Below the pieces are notes generated by a model. The model did not search any database and was not told the DNA's origin. It worked only from the letters and a program-made list of their open reading frames with translations. From an uncultured Pelagibacteraceae bacterium (GTDB lineage Bacteria; Pseudomonadota; Alphaproteobacteria; Pelagibacterales; Pelagibacteraceae), in the NCBI GenBank assembly GCA_902635545.1, contig CACPOL010000003.1, forward strand, positions 7,979-71,978: a stretch of DNA of 64,000 bases. Direction: 5' to 3'. Made by a program: the position numbers and the translations under genes. Below, piece by piece: positions 21,158-31,734 of the stretch (positions are counted from its first letter, which is position 1; each line of letters starts with the position of its first letter).

Positions 21158-22774
21158 ATGGCGCGATATATATTTGTCACTGGCGGCGTGGTTTCATCTT
21201 TAGGTAAAGGTCTCTCTTCAGCTTCACTGGCGTATTTGCTTCAGTCAAGGGGTTATAAAGTTAGAATTAGAAAATTAGACCCTTATTTAAATGTTGACCC
21301 AGGTACAATGAGTCCATTTCAGCACGGAGAGGTTTTTGTAACAGATGATGGGGCAGAAACAGATCTTGATTTGGGACACTATGAAAGATTTTCTGGTGTC
21401 ACTGCAAAAAAATCAGACAATATAACAACTGGTAAAATTTATAATGACGTATTGCGAAAAGAACGTAAAGGTAATTATCTTGGAAAAACTGTTCAGGTTA
21501 TTCCTCATATCACAGATCGCATTAAAGAATTTATTAAGAAAGACTCATCCAGTGAAGATTTTGTTATTTGTGAAATTGGAGGAATTGTAGGTGATATTGA
21601 AAGTTTACCTTTTATTGAAGCAATAAGACAATTTTCAAATGAAATTGGAAAAAAAAATACCTTATTCATTCATTTAACTCTTGTTCCTTATTTAAAATCC
21701 TCAGATGAAATAAAAACAAAACCCACCCAACATTCTGTGAAGGAATTAAGAAGTATAGGTGTTCAGCCAGATATAATTATTTGTAGATCAGAAAGATCCA
21801 TACCATTAGAACATCGTAAAAAAATATCGTTATTTTGTAATGTTGATATTAAAAACGTAATAGAAACAGTTGATGTTAAAACTATCTATGAGGCTCCAAT
21901 AAGTTTTTTTAATGAAAAATTAGATTTACAGGTTTTGAACTATTTCAAATTAAAATCAAAAAGACCAATCAATTTAAATCCTTGGAAAAAAATTACTAAA
22001 ACTATTCTCCAAACTAAAAGATATGTTAATATAGCTATAATTGGTAAATATGTTGAATTAAAAGATGCATATAAATCTTTAGATGAAGCATTAACTCATG
22101 GTGGAATTCAAAATAATCTTAAAGTTAATTTAGTAAGAATTGACTCAGAAAAATTGAAAATTAATGAAATTAAATCAAAATTAAAAAATATATCTGGTAT
22201 TTTAATTCCTGGTGGTTTTGGTAAAAGAGGAACTCAAGGAAAAATTGAGGCCATTAAATATGCTAGAAAAAATAAAATACCTTTTCTTGGGATTTGTTAC
22301 GGAATGCAAATGGCTATAATTGAATTTGCCAGAAATGAGCTAAAACTAAAAAAAGCTACTTCGAGTGAATTTGATAAAAAAGGCTTATCTATTATTGGTT
22401 TGATAGATGAATGGACAAAAGATGGTAAAATTATAAAAGGTACAGATAAAAATTTAGGCGGAACAATGAGATTGGGTTCTTATGAGGCTAAATTAAAAGA
22501 AAATTCTATGATAAGAAAAATTTATGGAAAAAAAGTAATTAAAGAGAGGCATAGGCATAGGTACGAAGTAAATATTAATTTTAAGGATAAATTTGAGAAG
22601 AAAGGAATGATTTTCTCTGGTTTATCACCAGATGGAACGTTGCCCGAGATTATTGAGCTTGAGAATCATCCTTGGTTTATTGGGGTTCAATTTCATCCAG
22701 AATTTAAATCTAGACCTTTAGCTCCTCATCCATTATTCTCATCATTTATCAAGGCATCAAAAAATCATAAATGA
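21158..22774 (+). CDS. pyrG: CTP synthase
   Basis: TGGVVSSLGKG, DPYLNVDPGTMSP, KTKPTQHSV and QFHPEF motifs. Confidence 0.99.
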   Translation: MARYIFVTGGVVSSLGKGLSSASLAYLLQSRGYKVRIRKLDPYLNVDPGTMSPFQHGEVFVTDDGAETDLDLGHYERFSGVTAKKSDNITTGKIYNDVLRKERKGNYLGKTVQVIPHITDRIKEFIKKDSSSEDFVICEIGGIVGDIESLPFIEAIRQFSNEIGKKNTLFIHLTLVPYLKSSDEIKTKPTQHSVKELRSIGVQPDIIICRSERSIPLEHRKKISLFCNVDIKNVIETVDVKTIYEAPISFFNEKLDLQVLNYFKLKSKRPINLNPWKKITKTILQTKRYVNIAIIGKYVELKDAYKSLDEALTHGGIQNNLKVNLVRIDSEKLKINEIKSKLKNISGILIPGGFGKRGTQGKIEAIKYARKNKIPFLGICYGMQMAIIEFARNELKLKKATSSEFDKKGLSIIGLIDEWTKDGKIIKGTDKNLGGTMRLGSYEAKLKENSMIRKIYGKKVIKERHRHRYEVNINFKDKFEKKGMIFSGLSPDGTLPEIIELENHPWFIGVQFHPEFKSRPLAPHPLFSSFIKASKNHK

Positions 22775-23601
22775 GTAATATTAAAGTAAATTGTGGAAAA
22801 ATAGAAATTTCAAATAATAATAAAATTTGTGTTATTGCTGGTCCTTGCCAATTGGAAACTGAGCAACACGCCATGGACATGGCAGGTAAGATAAAAGAAA
22901 TTACGAGTAAATTTAATGTAGGATTTATTTATAAAACTTCTTTTGATAAAGCCAATAGAACAAGTCTTAAAGGCAAAAGAGGAGCGGGTTTAGATGCATC
23001 TCTTCCAGTTTTCGACAAAATTAAAAAGGAATTAAGTATTCCGGTTTTGACAGATATTCATAATATTGAGCAATGTTCAATAGTTGCAAACCATGTAGAT
23101 GTTCTTCAGATTCCTGCTTTTTTGTGTAGACAAACCGATTTGTTAGTAGCCGCAGCAAAAACAAATAAGATTATAAATGTAAAGAAAGGTCAATTTTTAG
23201 CCCCATGGGATATGGTTAATGTAACAAAAAAAATTTCAGACTCAGGGAATAAAAACATTTTAGTGACAGAAAGAGGTGCAAGTTTCGGCTATAATACTCT
23301 TGTAACAGATATGAGATCTTTACCTATAATGGCAAAAAATGGTTATCCAGTTATTTTTGATGCAACACATTCGGTGCAACAACCTGGTGGATTGGGAGAA
23401 AAGAGTGGAGGTCAAAGAGAATTTGTAGAACATTTAGCAAGAGCAGCTGTTGCAGTAGGAGTTGCTGGAGTTTTTATTGAAACACATCAAGATCCTGACA
23501 ATGCCCCATCCGATGGACCAAATATGCTTTCTTTAGATAAATTAGAAAATTTATTAAAACAACTTACAGATATAGATAGTTTGATAAAAATTAGTGAGTA
23601 A
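22771..23601 (+). CDS. kdsA: KDO 8-phosphate synthase
   Basis: AGPC, SFDKANRTS, KKGQFLAP and DATHSVQQPG motifs. Confidence 0.98.
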   Translation: MSNIKVNCGKIEISNNNKICVIAGPCQLETEQHAMDMAGKIKEITSKFNVGFIYKTSFDKANRTSLKGKRGAGLDASLPVFDKIKKELSIPVLTDIHNIEQCSIVANHVDVLQIPAFLCRQTDLLVAAAKTNKIINVKKGQFLAPWDMVNVTKKISDSGNKNILVTERGASFGYNTLVTDMRSLPIMAKNGYPVIFDATHSVQQPGGLGEKSGGQREFVEHLARAAVAVGVAGVFIETHQDPDNAPSDGPNMLSLDKLENLLKQLTDIDSLIKISE

Positions 23602-24850
23602 AATTTTAAAAGTCAGAGCCCGTCAAATTTTTGATAGCAGAGGAAATCCAACAGTTGAGGCTGAAGTTTTTACAAAAAATAATAGTTCAACAGGAATATG
23701 CCCATCAGGAGCATCAACAGGATCTTTCGAAGCTTTTGAGAAAAGAGATAAAAATGATAAACGTTATTTAGGAAAAAGTGTTTTAAAAGCAGTTAATTTA
23801 ATCAACACTAAAATTTCAAGAAAAATAAAAGGTCAAAATATTCATAATCAAGAAAGAATTGATGCATTGATGTTACAACTTGATGGCACTAAACAAAAAT
23901 CTAAACTAGGAGCTAATTCAATATTACCTGTTTCAATTGCAGTAAAAAAACTCTCAGCAAAAGTAAAAAAAATTCCACTCTATAAAACTTTTTTAATAAA
24001 TAAAGATTTTAATATGCCTTACCCATTAATGAATATAATCAATGGAGGTATTCACGCTAACAACGGTTTAAGGATTCAAGAATTTATGATAAGACCTGAC
24101 AGAGCAAAAAACTTTTCAGACGCAATGAGAATTTGTTTTTTAGTTATTAAAAATTTAAGTAAAATTATTAAAGATAAAGGCCTTTCAACATCTGTTGGAG
24201 ATGAAGGAGGTTTTGCACCAATGATAAATAATAATAATCAAGCATTAGATTTAATCGTTTCTGCAATTAAAAAATCTGGATTTGTTAATGGTAAAGATGT
24301 ATCGATTTGTTTAGATATTGCTGCTAATGAATTGTATAAAAAAAAAAAATATTCAATACATTCAAATACTTATATTTCTGTTGAAAAATCAATTAATGAG
24401 TACAAAAAATTGATCAAGAAATATAAGATTAAATCATTAGAGGATCCATTTGCAGAAAATGATTGGTCCTCGTGGAATAAATTAATGAAAAACATCAATA
24501 GTATTCAAATTGTTGGAGATGATCTTTATGTTACAAATTTGGAAAGACTTAAAAAGGGTTTTTTAAATATGTCATCAAACGCAATTTTGATTAAACTTAA
24601 TCAAATTGGGACAGTTTCTGAAACAATTGAAGTTATAAGATTCGCTCAAATTATTGGCTTTAAAACAATAATTTCACATAGATCTGGTGATAGTGAGGAT
24701 ACTTTTATCGCTGATTTAGCTGTTGGTACAAACTCAAATCAAATAAAAACAGGATCTTTGGCAAGATCTGAAAGAGTGGCAAAATATAATCAATTACTAC
24801 GTATAGAAGAAGATCTTGGAAAAAAGGCTAGAATGAATAAGATTCATTAA
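23594..24850 (+). CDS. eno: Enolase
   Basis: DSRGNPTVE, PSGASTG, GDEGGFAP, SHRSGDSED and IKTGS motifs; GTG start. Confidence 0.98.
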   Translation: MSKILKVRARQIFDSRGNPTVEAEVFTKNNSSTGICPSGASTGSFEAFEKRDKNDKRYLGKSVLKAVNLINTKISRKIKGQNIHNQERIDALMLQLDGTKQKSKLGANSILPVSIAVKKLSAKVKKIPLYKTFLINKDFNMPYPLMNIINGGIHANNGLRIQEFMIRPDRAKNFSDAMRICFLVIKNLSKIIKDKGLSTSVGDEGGFAPMINNNNQALDLIVSAIKKSGFVNGKDVSICLDIAANELYKKKKYSIHSNTYISVEKSINEYKKLIKKYKIKSLEDPFAENDWSSWNKLMKNINSIQIVGDDLYVTNLERLKKGFLNMSSNAILIKLNQIGTVSETIEVIRFAQIIGFKTIISHRSGDSEDTFIADLAVGTNSNQIKTGSLARSERVAKYNQLLRIEEDLGKKARMNKIH

Positions 24851-25158
24851 TGCTTAAAAATTTAAAAAAAAATTTCTTATTACTTATTTCAATTTTTTTG
24901 ATTATATATTTTTTCTTTAATCTTTTATCTGGTCAAAGAGGGTTAATTTCATATTTTGAAAAAAAACAAATACTAGATAATCTAAAAAAGGACGAATTGT
25001 TGTTAATACAACAAATAAAAGAATTCGACTTTAAAAATTCTCTACTGAGTGACAACTTTGATCTTGATTATGTTGAAACTTTGATTAGAGAGAGACTTTT
25101 ATTTAGTAAAAAAAATGAAAAAATTTATATTATAAAAAAAAATGACTCAAAAAATTAG
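24850..25158 (+). CDS. ftsB: Septum formation initiator (FtsB/DivIC family)
   Basis: N-terminal TM, GQRG, coiled coil and [13 protein letters not shown]; follows eno. Confidence 0.85.
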   Translation: MLKNLKKNFLLLISIFLIIYFFFNLLSGQRGLISYFEKKQILDNLKKDELLLIQQIKEFDFKNSLLSDNFDLDYVETLIRERLLFSKKNEKIYIIKKNDSKN

Positions 25159-26074
25159 ACCAAGACACCCTGAAAAAGTTAAAAATCCAGTTAATCCAAT
25201 TAAAAAAAAACCAGATTGGATAAGATCAAAATTAATCAATAGCAAAGAATTTTTCACTACAAAAACTGTTATTAACAGAAGTAATCTTGTGACTGTATGC
25301 CAAGAAGCTAATTGTCCAAATATCACTGAGTGTTGGAGTAAAAGACACGCCACATTTATGATTATGGGTGACACATGTACTAGAGCCTGCGCATTTTGTG
25401 ATGTAAAGACCGGAAAGCCAGAAAAATTGGATCCATTTGAGGATATTAAAATAGCTAATGCTGTTAGTAAATTGAACTTAAGACATGTGGTTATCACTTC
25501 TGTTGACAGAGATGATTTACCAGATGGTGGATCAAAACATTTTAAAAAAGTAGTTGAAACCACTAGAAAAAAAAATCCGAATACTACTATCGAGGTTTTA
25601 ACACCTGATTTTTTAAGAAAAGGAAATTCTTATAAAAAATTACTTGAGGCAGATTTAGATGTATTTAATCATAATATTGAAACTGTACCTAGACTGTATC
25701 TAAAAGTTAGACCAGGGGCTAGGTATTTTGCATCTCTAGAACTTTTAAAAAACGCAAAAAAAGATAACACTAAATTATTTACTAAATCAGGAATAATGGT
25801 TGGTCTTGGTGAGGAGTTCGATGAAATATTACAAGTTATGGATGATTTAAGATCTGCAAATGTAGATTTCATTACAATAGGTCAATATCTTCAGCCATCT
25901 GTTAAACATCATCCTCTTGAAAGATATTATCATCCTGATGAATTTAAAGAATTAAAACAAATAGCAAAATCAAAAGGATTTCTTTTAGTTTCATCATCTC
26001 CCTTAACTAGATCTTCTTATCATGCTGATGAAGATTTTGCTAAACTTCAAAAAAAAAGATTGAATATAAATTAA
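25142..26074 (+). CDS. lipA: Lipoyl synthase
   Basis: [20 protein letters not shown] and RSSYHA motifs. Confidence 0.99.
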   Translation: MTQKIRPRHPEKVKNPVNPIKKKPDWIRSKLINSKEFFTTKTVINRSNLVTVCQEANCPNITECWSKRHATFMIMGDTCTRACAFCDVKTGKPEKLDPFEDIKIANAVSKLNLRHVVITSVDRDDLPDGGSKHFKKVVETTRKKNPNTTIEVLTPDFLRKGNSYKKLLEADLDVFNHNIETVPRLYLKVRPGARYFASLELLKNAKKDNTKLFTKSGIMVGLGEEFDEILQVMDDLRSANVDFITIGQYLQPSVKHHPLERYYHPDEFKELKQIAKSKGFLLVSSSPLTRSSYHADEDFAKLQKKRLNIN

Positions 26075-26532
26075 TGCCAAAAGCTTCTGTAAAGAGGTTA
26101 ATTAAATGCCAAAAAAAAGATTTAATAAATCTTGTGCTTGATATTGAAAAATATCCTCAGTTTGTTCCTTTTTGTTACGACGCTAAAATCTATGAAAATA
26201 AAAATGAAAATAATTTACAAAAAATTATTGCTGATCTTACAATTGGTAAAGGACCCTTTAAAGATACATATAAAAGTGATGTAACTTATGATAAAAAAAA
26301 TGACTCTATTTACGTTAAAAACATAGATGGACCACTAAATCATTTATCAAACAATTGGACTTTTACTGATCAAAAAAATGGTATTACAGAGGTAACTTTC
26401 GATATTGATTTTGAAATAAAAAATAAATTTTTAAATTCTTTAATGGTTGTTTCATTTCAATTTGGACTTGAAAAAATAGCTGATGCTTTTCAGAAAAGGG
26501 CGGAAGAATTATTTAACAGCACTAACAACTAA
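26074..26532 (+). CDS. RatA/Coq10 START-domain (polyketide cyclase family) protein
   Basis: LVLDIEKYPQFVPFC, GPLNHLSNNWTF and AFQKRA motifs; follows lipA. Confidence 0.9.
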   Translation: MPKASVKRLIKCQKKDLINLVLDIEKYPQFVPFCYDAKIYENKNENNLQKIIADLTIGKGPFKDTYKSDVTYDKKNDSIYVKNIDGPLNHLSNNWTFTDQKNGITEVTFDIDFEIKNKFLNSLMVVSFQFGLEKIADAFQKRAEELFNSTNN

Positions 26533-26970
26533 CTCTAATGTTTTTCTAACAGTAGCTTTTTGTATTAAGGTTCTTTTTTTACTTTTAAATAAGTACTTAT
26601 TTATATAAGTTTTATTACCTTTTTTAAGCCCAATGTAAACTAGGCCCACAGGTTTTTGCTTTGTTCCTCCTTTAGGACCCGCAATGCCAGTTATTGAGAC
26701 ATTAATATGAGCTTTAGAGATTTTAGACAAATTTTTAACCATCGCGGAGCAACATTCATGGCTTACAGCTCCATACTTTTTAATAATATATTTATTTATT
26801 TTTAAAATTTTGATCTTTGCTTGGTTAGAATAAGTAACTAAACCTAAATTGAATATTTTTGATGCACCACTAATTGAAGTTATCTTACTAGCAAGTAAGC
26901 CACCCGTACAAGACTCTACTATTGAAATTTTGAATTTTTTTTTTGATAAAATTTTTATTAAAGATTTCAT
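26509..26970 (-). CDS. pncC: CinA C-terminal domain protein (NMN deamidase PncC family)
   Basis: ESCTGG, TYSN, GAVS, SITGIAGP and KPVGLVY motifs. Confidence 0.9.
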   Translation of the reverse strand: MKSLIKILSKKKFKISIVESCTGGLLASKITSISGASKIFNLGLVTYSNQAKIKILKINKYIIKKYGAVSHECCSAMVKNLSKISKAHINVSITGIAGPKGGTKQKPVGLVYIGLKKGNKTYINKYLFKSKKRTLIQKATVRKTLELVVSAVK

Positions 26971-27473
26971 TAAATTATGTAATTTTTTAAAATCATAAAA
27001 GATATTAAAGATAAAACAACATAAATTCCTGCAAAAACATCATCCATGATAACACCAAAACTATTTTTATAATTTTTATCAAAAAAATTTACAGGGAATG
27101 GTTTTACAATGTCAAAAAATCTGAATAAAATAAAACAAATAATGTAAAAGATTAAAGCTTCATCCGATGTTTTTTTTGTTCCATGAGAAATTTCATATAA
27201 ATAAATTGGTATAGACTGACCAATAAATTCATCAATTATTACTTCGCTTGGATCTTTGTTCTTATTATCTCTTATATGTGCTGCAATTGTAAAAAAAGAT
27301 AATATAAAAATTATCAATAAGAACAGAAGTATTATATTTGAAGATATATTATATATATGAAAAAAAAAATATAGAATTAGTACTGTTGCTAAAGACCCAA
27401 AGGTACCAGGAATTATTTTTATTCGTCCCAAACCAAACATTGTTACAAATAATGTATTTAAATTTTTAATCAT
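26970..27473 (-). CDS. pgpA: Phosphatidylglycerophosphatase A
   Basis: PGTFGS, DPSEVIIDE, FRFFDIVKPFP and GVIMDD motifs. Confidence 0.95.
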   Translation of the reverse strand: MIKNLNTLFVTMFGLGRIKIIPGTFGSLATVLILYFFFHIYNISSNIILLFLLIIFILSFFTIAAHIRDNKNKDPSEVIIDEFIGQSIPIYLYEISHGTKKTSDEALIFYIICFILFRFFDIVKPFPVNFFDKNYKNSFGVIMDDVFAGIYVVLSLISFMILKNYII

Positions 27474-28569
27474 ATTTAGTAATTGAAATTATTACTTCAC
27501 AAGCAATTGCTTTTTCTTTTCCTATTAAACCTAATTTTTCGACTGTTTTACCTTTAAGATTAATTAGAGTTTTATCTAAATCCATTATTTTTGAAATTGA
27601 ATTGATAATTTTATTTCGATGTTGTGATACTTTTGGCTGCTCACAAATAAGGTTAATATCTAAATTATTTATAGTAAAATTAGATTTTTTTAATGATTGA
27701 ATAAATGGTTTTAAAATTTTAGAGGATTTTATATTTTTATATTTTTTAATATTTGGAAAATATGTGCCAATATCTTTTTTTCTAGTTGCGCCTAAAATTG
27801 CATCAGTTATTGCATGTAAAACTACATCTCCATCTGAGTGGCCTTTTAAACCTGAGTGAAAAGGAATTTTAATACCTCCTAAAAAAAGTTTTTTATTTTT
27901 AGTGAGTTTGTGAATATCAAATCCTAGGCCAAAGTATGTTTTTTGTATTTTTATATCATTTATAAAGGTTATTTTATTATTCATAATTTCACCATTTATA
28001 AATTTAACTTTTTTATCTTTTTTAATAAATAATGTTGCTTCATCAGAAATATTATTTTTTTCATTTAATGCTAGATCGTATAAAACTTTAAATCTGAATG
28101 CTTGTGGTGTCTGAGTAAGAATAATTTTATTTTTGTCTAAATTAAATAGCTGACCTTTAAATTTATATTTGACACTATCCTTTGATTTTGTATATGGAAT
28201 AACTGCGTTATATTTTTTAAGATTTGCAATTAAATTTTTTAGCAACTTATTTGAAAAATCAGGTCTTGCTGCATCATGAATAAGTACATTTTTTGGTCTA
28301 AATCTTCTAATATACTTTAAAGACATTAGAGAAGAGACTGATCTTTCTTTTCCACCTTTAATTATTTTTACAATTTTTGGATATTTTTTTTTGATTAAAT
28401 TTTTATTGTTAACAACTAGAATAATATGCTTAAATAGCTTGGATTTAATAGCTTTATCAACTGAATGTTCATAAATTTGTTTATTTTTATATAAATTATA
28501 TTGTTTTGGATAATCAGATTTAAATCTTTTGCTTTGTCCAGATGCAAGTATTATAAAACTATTATTCAT
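27466..28569 (-). CDS. ispDF: Bifunctional IspD/IspF
   Basis: IspD half: IHDAARP, TQTPQAF. IspF half: GFDIH, GHSDGDV, DIG. Confidence 0.95.
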   Translation of the reverse strand: MNNSFIILASGQSKRFKSDYPKQYNLYKNKQIYEHSVDKAIKSKLFKHIILVVNNKNLIKKKYPKIVKIIKGGKERSVSSLMSLKYIRRFRPKNVLIHDAARPDFSNKLLKNLIANLKKYNAVIPYTKSKDSVKYKFKGQLFNLDKNKIILTQTPQAFRFKVLYDLALNEKNNISDEATLFIKKDKKVKFINGEIMNNKITFINDIKIQKTYFGLGFDIHKLTKNKKLFLGGIKIPFHSGLKGHSDGDVVLHAITDAILGATRKKDIGTYFPNIKKYKNIKSSKILKPFIQSLKKSNFTINNLDINLICEQPKVSQHRNKIINSISKIMDLDKTLINLKGKTVEKLGLIGKEKAIACEVIISITKYD

Positions 28570-28597
28570 AATTTAGATTTTAAAATTTTTTTTAATA

Positions 28598-30388
28598 ATG
28601 ATTGAATTTATCAAAAAAAATATTTTTATAACCTTAATTTTTTTTACCACATTATTTGTGGGTTTTTTAACTTTTTTAACGTTTTTAGATAAGAGTTTTA
28701 TTCAACTTACACAGCAAAATCTTCAATACTTACTGATTTTAAATATCGTATTGTTGATTTTTTTCTTTATCTTTATTTTTAAAGAGATTCAGAAAAGTAT
28801 TAAAATTGATATCGATTCTGATGGATTAAAATCAAACAAAAAATATATTACCTTTTTTTCTTTGTTTACACTCATACCATCAATTTTGATATCAATATTT
28901 TCACTTTTTTTATTTTCATTTGCTCTAGAAAAATATTTTGATAAAAAAATAACAACTGTCGTAAATAATTCTTATCAACTTGCAAAAAGTTACGTAAATG
29001 AACAAAGAAATAAGATAGAGTCAGATATAGTTTTAATAGCATTTGATATAAATAAAAGTGCCAATTTTTTAAATAATAATAAACGAGAATTTATAAGATT
29101 TTTAAATACTCAAAAATTAATTAGAGAAGTTGACGAGATTCATATAATAGATGAGAGAAAAAATTTAATACTTTCTACTATTTTAAAAAAAGAAACATAT
29201 ATCCCACCTGTGGATAAAGCTTTAAAATTAGTATTAGAAGATGATCGTCCATTAAAAATAATAAATGCATTTGAAAATAAATCCGCAGCAATAATGAGAT
29301 TAACTAATTATCAAGACAGGTTTCTTTATGTTGTTAAGTTTTTAGATAAAGATATATCAAAATATCTAACCGAGTCACAAGAAGCAGTTAATTTTTACTA
29401 TACTGTTGAAGATAAAAAAAGTGGAATTAAAATATCATTCATTTTGATTTATATAATTATTGTTGCACTATTATTGTTTTTGTCAATTTCTATTGCTATA
29501 AGATTTTCTTCAAGATTCTTTAGATCAATTAATAATCTTATATTAGCATCTTCATCCATAGGTAAAGGCAACCTAAATATTAAAGTTCCAGAACTTAAAA
29601 CAGATAAAGATTTAGAAATTTTAAATAAAAATTTTAATTTAATGATTAATCAACTTAAATCTCAGCAAGTGAAATTAATTTTGAATGAACGCCATGAGGC
29701 TTGGGGCAATATTGCTAGAAAATTAGCTCATGAGATAAAAAATCCTCTTACTCCTATTCAATTAACTATTGATAGATTAAAAGATAAATACTCAGGTCAG
29801 TTATCAAATGAAGATAAAGAAAATTTTAAAGAATATCTTCAGGTTATATTAAAACAAATTAAACAAATCGAAAATTTAGTAAATGAATTTTCAGATTTTG
29901 CACGTATGCCCAAACCTGTTTTAAAAAATAATAATTTAATATTGTTAATTGAAGAAAATATAAAAATTTTAAAACAAATTGATAAATCAATTAATTTCGA
30001 GTTTAAAAAAAATGATGACAAAATTACATTTAATAGTGACAATGAACAATTAAGCAGAGTTTTTTTTAATTTAATTAAAAATTCCATTGAAAGTATTCAG
30101 CAAAAAACTGACAAAAAAGGTGATTTTATTAAAAAGATTTATATTGAAATAGTTGAAAACAATGAACATATAAGAATAATTATAGTAGATAATGGCATTG
30201 GTTTTGGTACATTAAATGATGATTTTAAAGATATATTGAAACCATACTTTACAACAAAAAAAAATGGTACAGGTCTAGGACTATCTATTGTAAATAAAAT
30301 TATAAATGATCATAATGGAGAACTTTTATTTACCCCAATTCCTGAAGGGGCCAAAATATCATTAACTTTTTTTAAAAATGGCAACTGA
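28598..30388 (+). CDS. ntrY: Sensor histidine kinase NtrY
   Basis: TM segments, HAMP, AWGNIARKLAHEIKNPLTPIQL H-box, DNGIG and GTGLGL. Confidence 0.93.
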   Translation: MIEFIKKNIFITLIFFTTLFVGFLTFLTFLDKSFIQLTQQNLQYLLILNIVLLIFFFIFIFKEIQKSIKIDIDSDGLKSNKKYITFFSLFTLIPSILISIFSLFLFSFALEKYFDKKITTVVNNSYQLAKSYVNEQRNKIESDIVLIAFDINKSANFLNNNKREFIRFLNTQKLIREVDEIHIIDERKNLILSTILKKETYIPPVDKALKLVLEDDRPLKIINAFENKSAAIMRLTNYQDRFLYVVKFLDKDISKYLTESQEAVNFYYTVEDKKSGIKISFILIYIIIVALLLFLSISIAIRFSSRFFRSINNLILASSSIGKGNLNIKVPELKTDKDLEILNKNFNLMINQLKSQQVKLILNERHEAWGNIARKLAHEIKNPLTPIQLTIDRLKDKYSGQLSNEDKENFKEYLQVILKQIKQIENLVNEFSDFARMPKPVLKNNNLILLIEENIKILKQIDKSINFEFKKNDDKITFNSDNEQLSRVFFNLIKNSIESIQQKTDKKGDFIKKIYIEIVENNEHIRIIIVDNGIGFGTLNDDFKDILKPYFTTKKNGTGLGLSIVNKIINDHNGELLFTPIPEGAKISLTFFKNGN

Positions 30389-31733
30389 AATACTTATAAT
30401 TGATGACAATCCAGATATTAGAAATATTTTAAATGATCTAATTGTTGACTCTGGTTACAAAACAAGACTTGCAGCAAATTATAATCAAGCTTTAAATGAA
30501 ATAGATAAAAAATTGCCAGATGTTGCTATAATCGATGTAAAACTTGATAAAGGTGATAATGATGGAATAGAATTATTGTCCCATATAAAATCAAAAAATA
30601 AAGATGTTCCAGTAATTATTATTTCTGGTCACGCAAATATTGAAATGGCTGTCAAATCTCTCAGATATGGAGCTTTTGAATTTATAGAAAAACCCTTTGA
30701 TCAAAACAGATTATTAAATTTTGTAAATCGTGCAGTAGAAAATTTTAATCTAAAAAGTAAAAACAAAGAATTTGAGAACAAACTTTTTTATTCATACGAT
30801 TTAATAGGAGACAGTCTTAATATGAATGAAATTAAAGAACAAATTAAGAAAATATCTGTCTTGGACACAAGAGTTTTTATTAATGGTCCCACTGGTTCTG
30901 GTAAAGAGCTAATAGCAAGAAAAATCCATAAACAATCAAAAAGAAATAAATCACCTTTCGTAATTTTAAATGGAGCATTATTAGATGCGAATAAATATGA
31001 ACTAGAACTTTTTGGTGAAGAAAAGGCAAATGGTTCAATCTCATATGGTGCCTTAGAAAAAGCTAATGGCGGTATTCTATTAATTGATGAAATTTCTGAA
31101 ATACCCTTAGACACACAATCTAAGATTTTAAGAGTTTTAATCGATCAAAAATTTAAAAGAATTAATGGTGATCATGATATTAAAGTTGATGTAAGATTAA
31201 TTTGTTCTAGTACAAAAGATATAAAAAATGAATGTGATAAGGGTAGGTTTAGAGAGGATTTATTTCATAGATTAAACGTCTTTGAAATAAACATAGATCC
31301 TTTAAGTAAAAGAATTTCTGATATTCCGTTATTAATTGATTATTTTTCAGAGAAGATATCCTCAAATTATAATATAAAAAAATTAGAAATTAATTCAGAT
31401 AATAGCTATTTATTGAATTATAACTGGCCTGGAAATGTAAGAGAATTAAGAAATTTAATTGAAAGAATTGCTATTTTACAACCTGATACAAAGGAGAAAG
31501 TTTCAAATATTATAAAAGAGTCTCTTAAAACTAGTGATAATCAAGATTTAACCAAAGAAACCTCTTTATCAGTGCCGTTAAAAGAGGCTAGAGAAAATTT
31601 TGAAAAGGAGTATTTAACTACTCAATTGAGAAAATTTAATGGAAATATCTCTAAGACAGCAGATTTTATTGGTATGGAAAGATCTGCTTTACATAGAAAA
31701 TTAAAAGTTCTTGGCATTAAAGAATTAAATTAA
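30378..31733 (+). CDS. ntrX: Response regulator NtrX (REC-AAA+-Fis HTH)
   Basis: REC domain, GPTGSGKE, FREDLFHRLNV, WPGNVREL and GMERSALHRKL. No GAFTGA loop. Confidence 0.94.
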   Translation: MATEILIIDDNPDIRNILNDLIVDSGYKTRLAANYNQALNEIDKKLPDVAIIDVKLDKGDNDGIELLSHIKSKNKDVPVIIISGHANIEMAVKSLRYGAFEFIEKPFDQNRLLNFVNRAVENFNLKSKNKEFENKLFYSYDLIGDSLNMNEIKEQIKKISVLDTRVFINGPTGSGKELIARKIHKQSKRNKSPFVILNGALLDANKYELELFGEEKANGSISYGALEKANGGILLIDEISEIPLDTQSKILRVLIDQKFKRINGDHDIKVDVRLICSSTKDIKNECDKGRFREDLFHRLNVFEINIDPLSKRISDIPLLIDYFSEKISSNYNIKKLEINSDNSYLLNYNWPGNVRELRNLIERIAILQPDTKEKVSNIIKESLKTSDNQDLTKETSLSVPLKEARENFEKEYLTTQLRKFNGNISKTADFIGMERSALHRKLKVLGIKELN

Positions 31734-31734
31734 A

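Noticed and set aside
26074-26532. RatA as a toxin-antitoxin system
   Set aside because: No partner gene is present, and lipA-adjacent Coq10/RatA proteins are housekeeping START-domain proteins.
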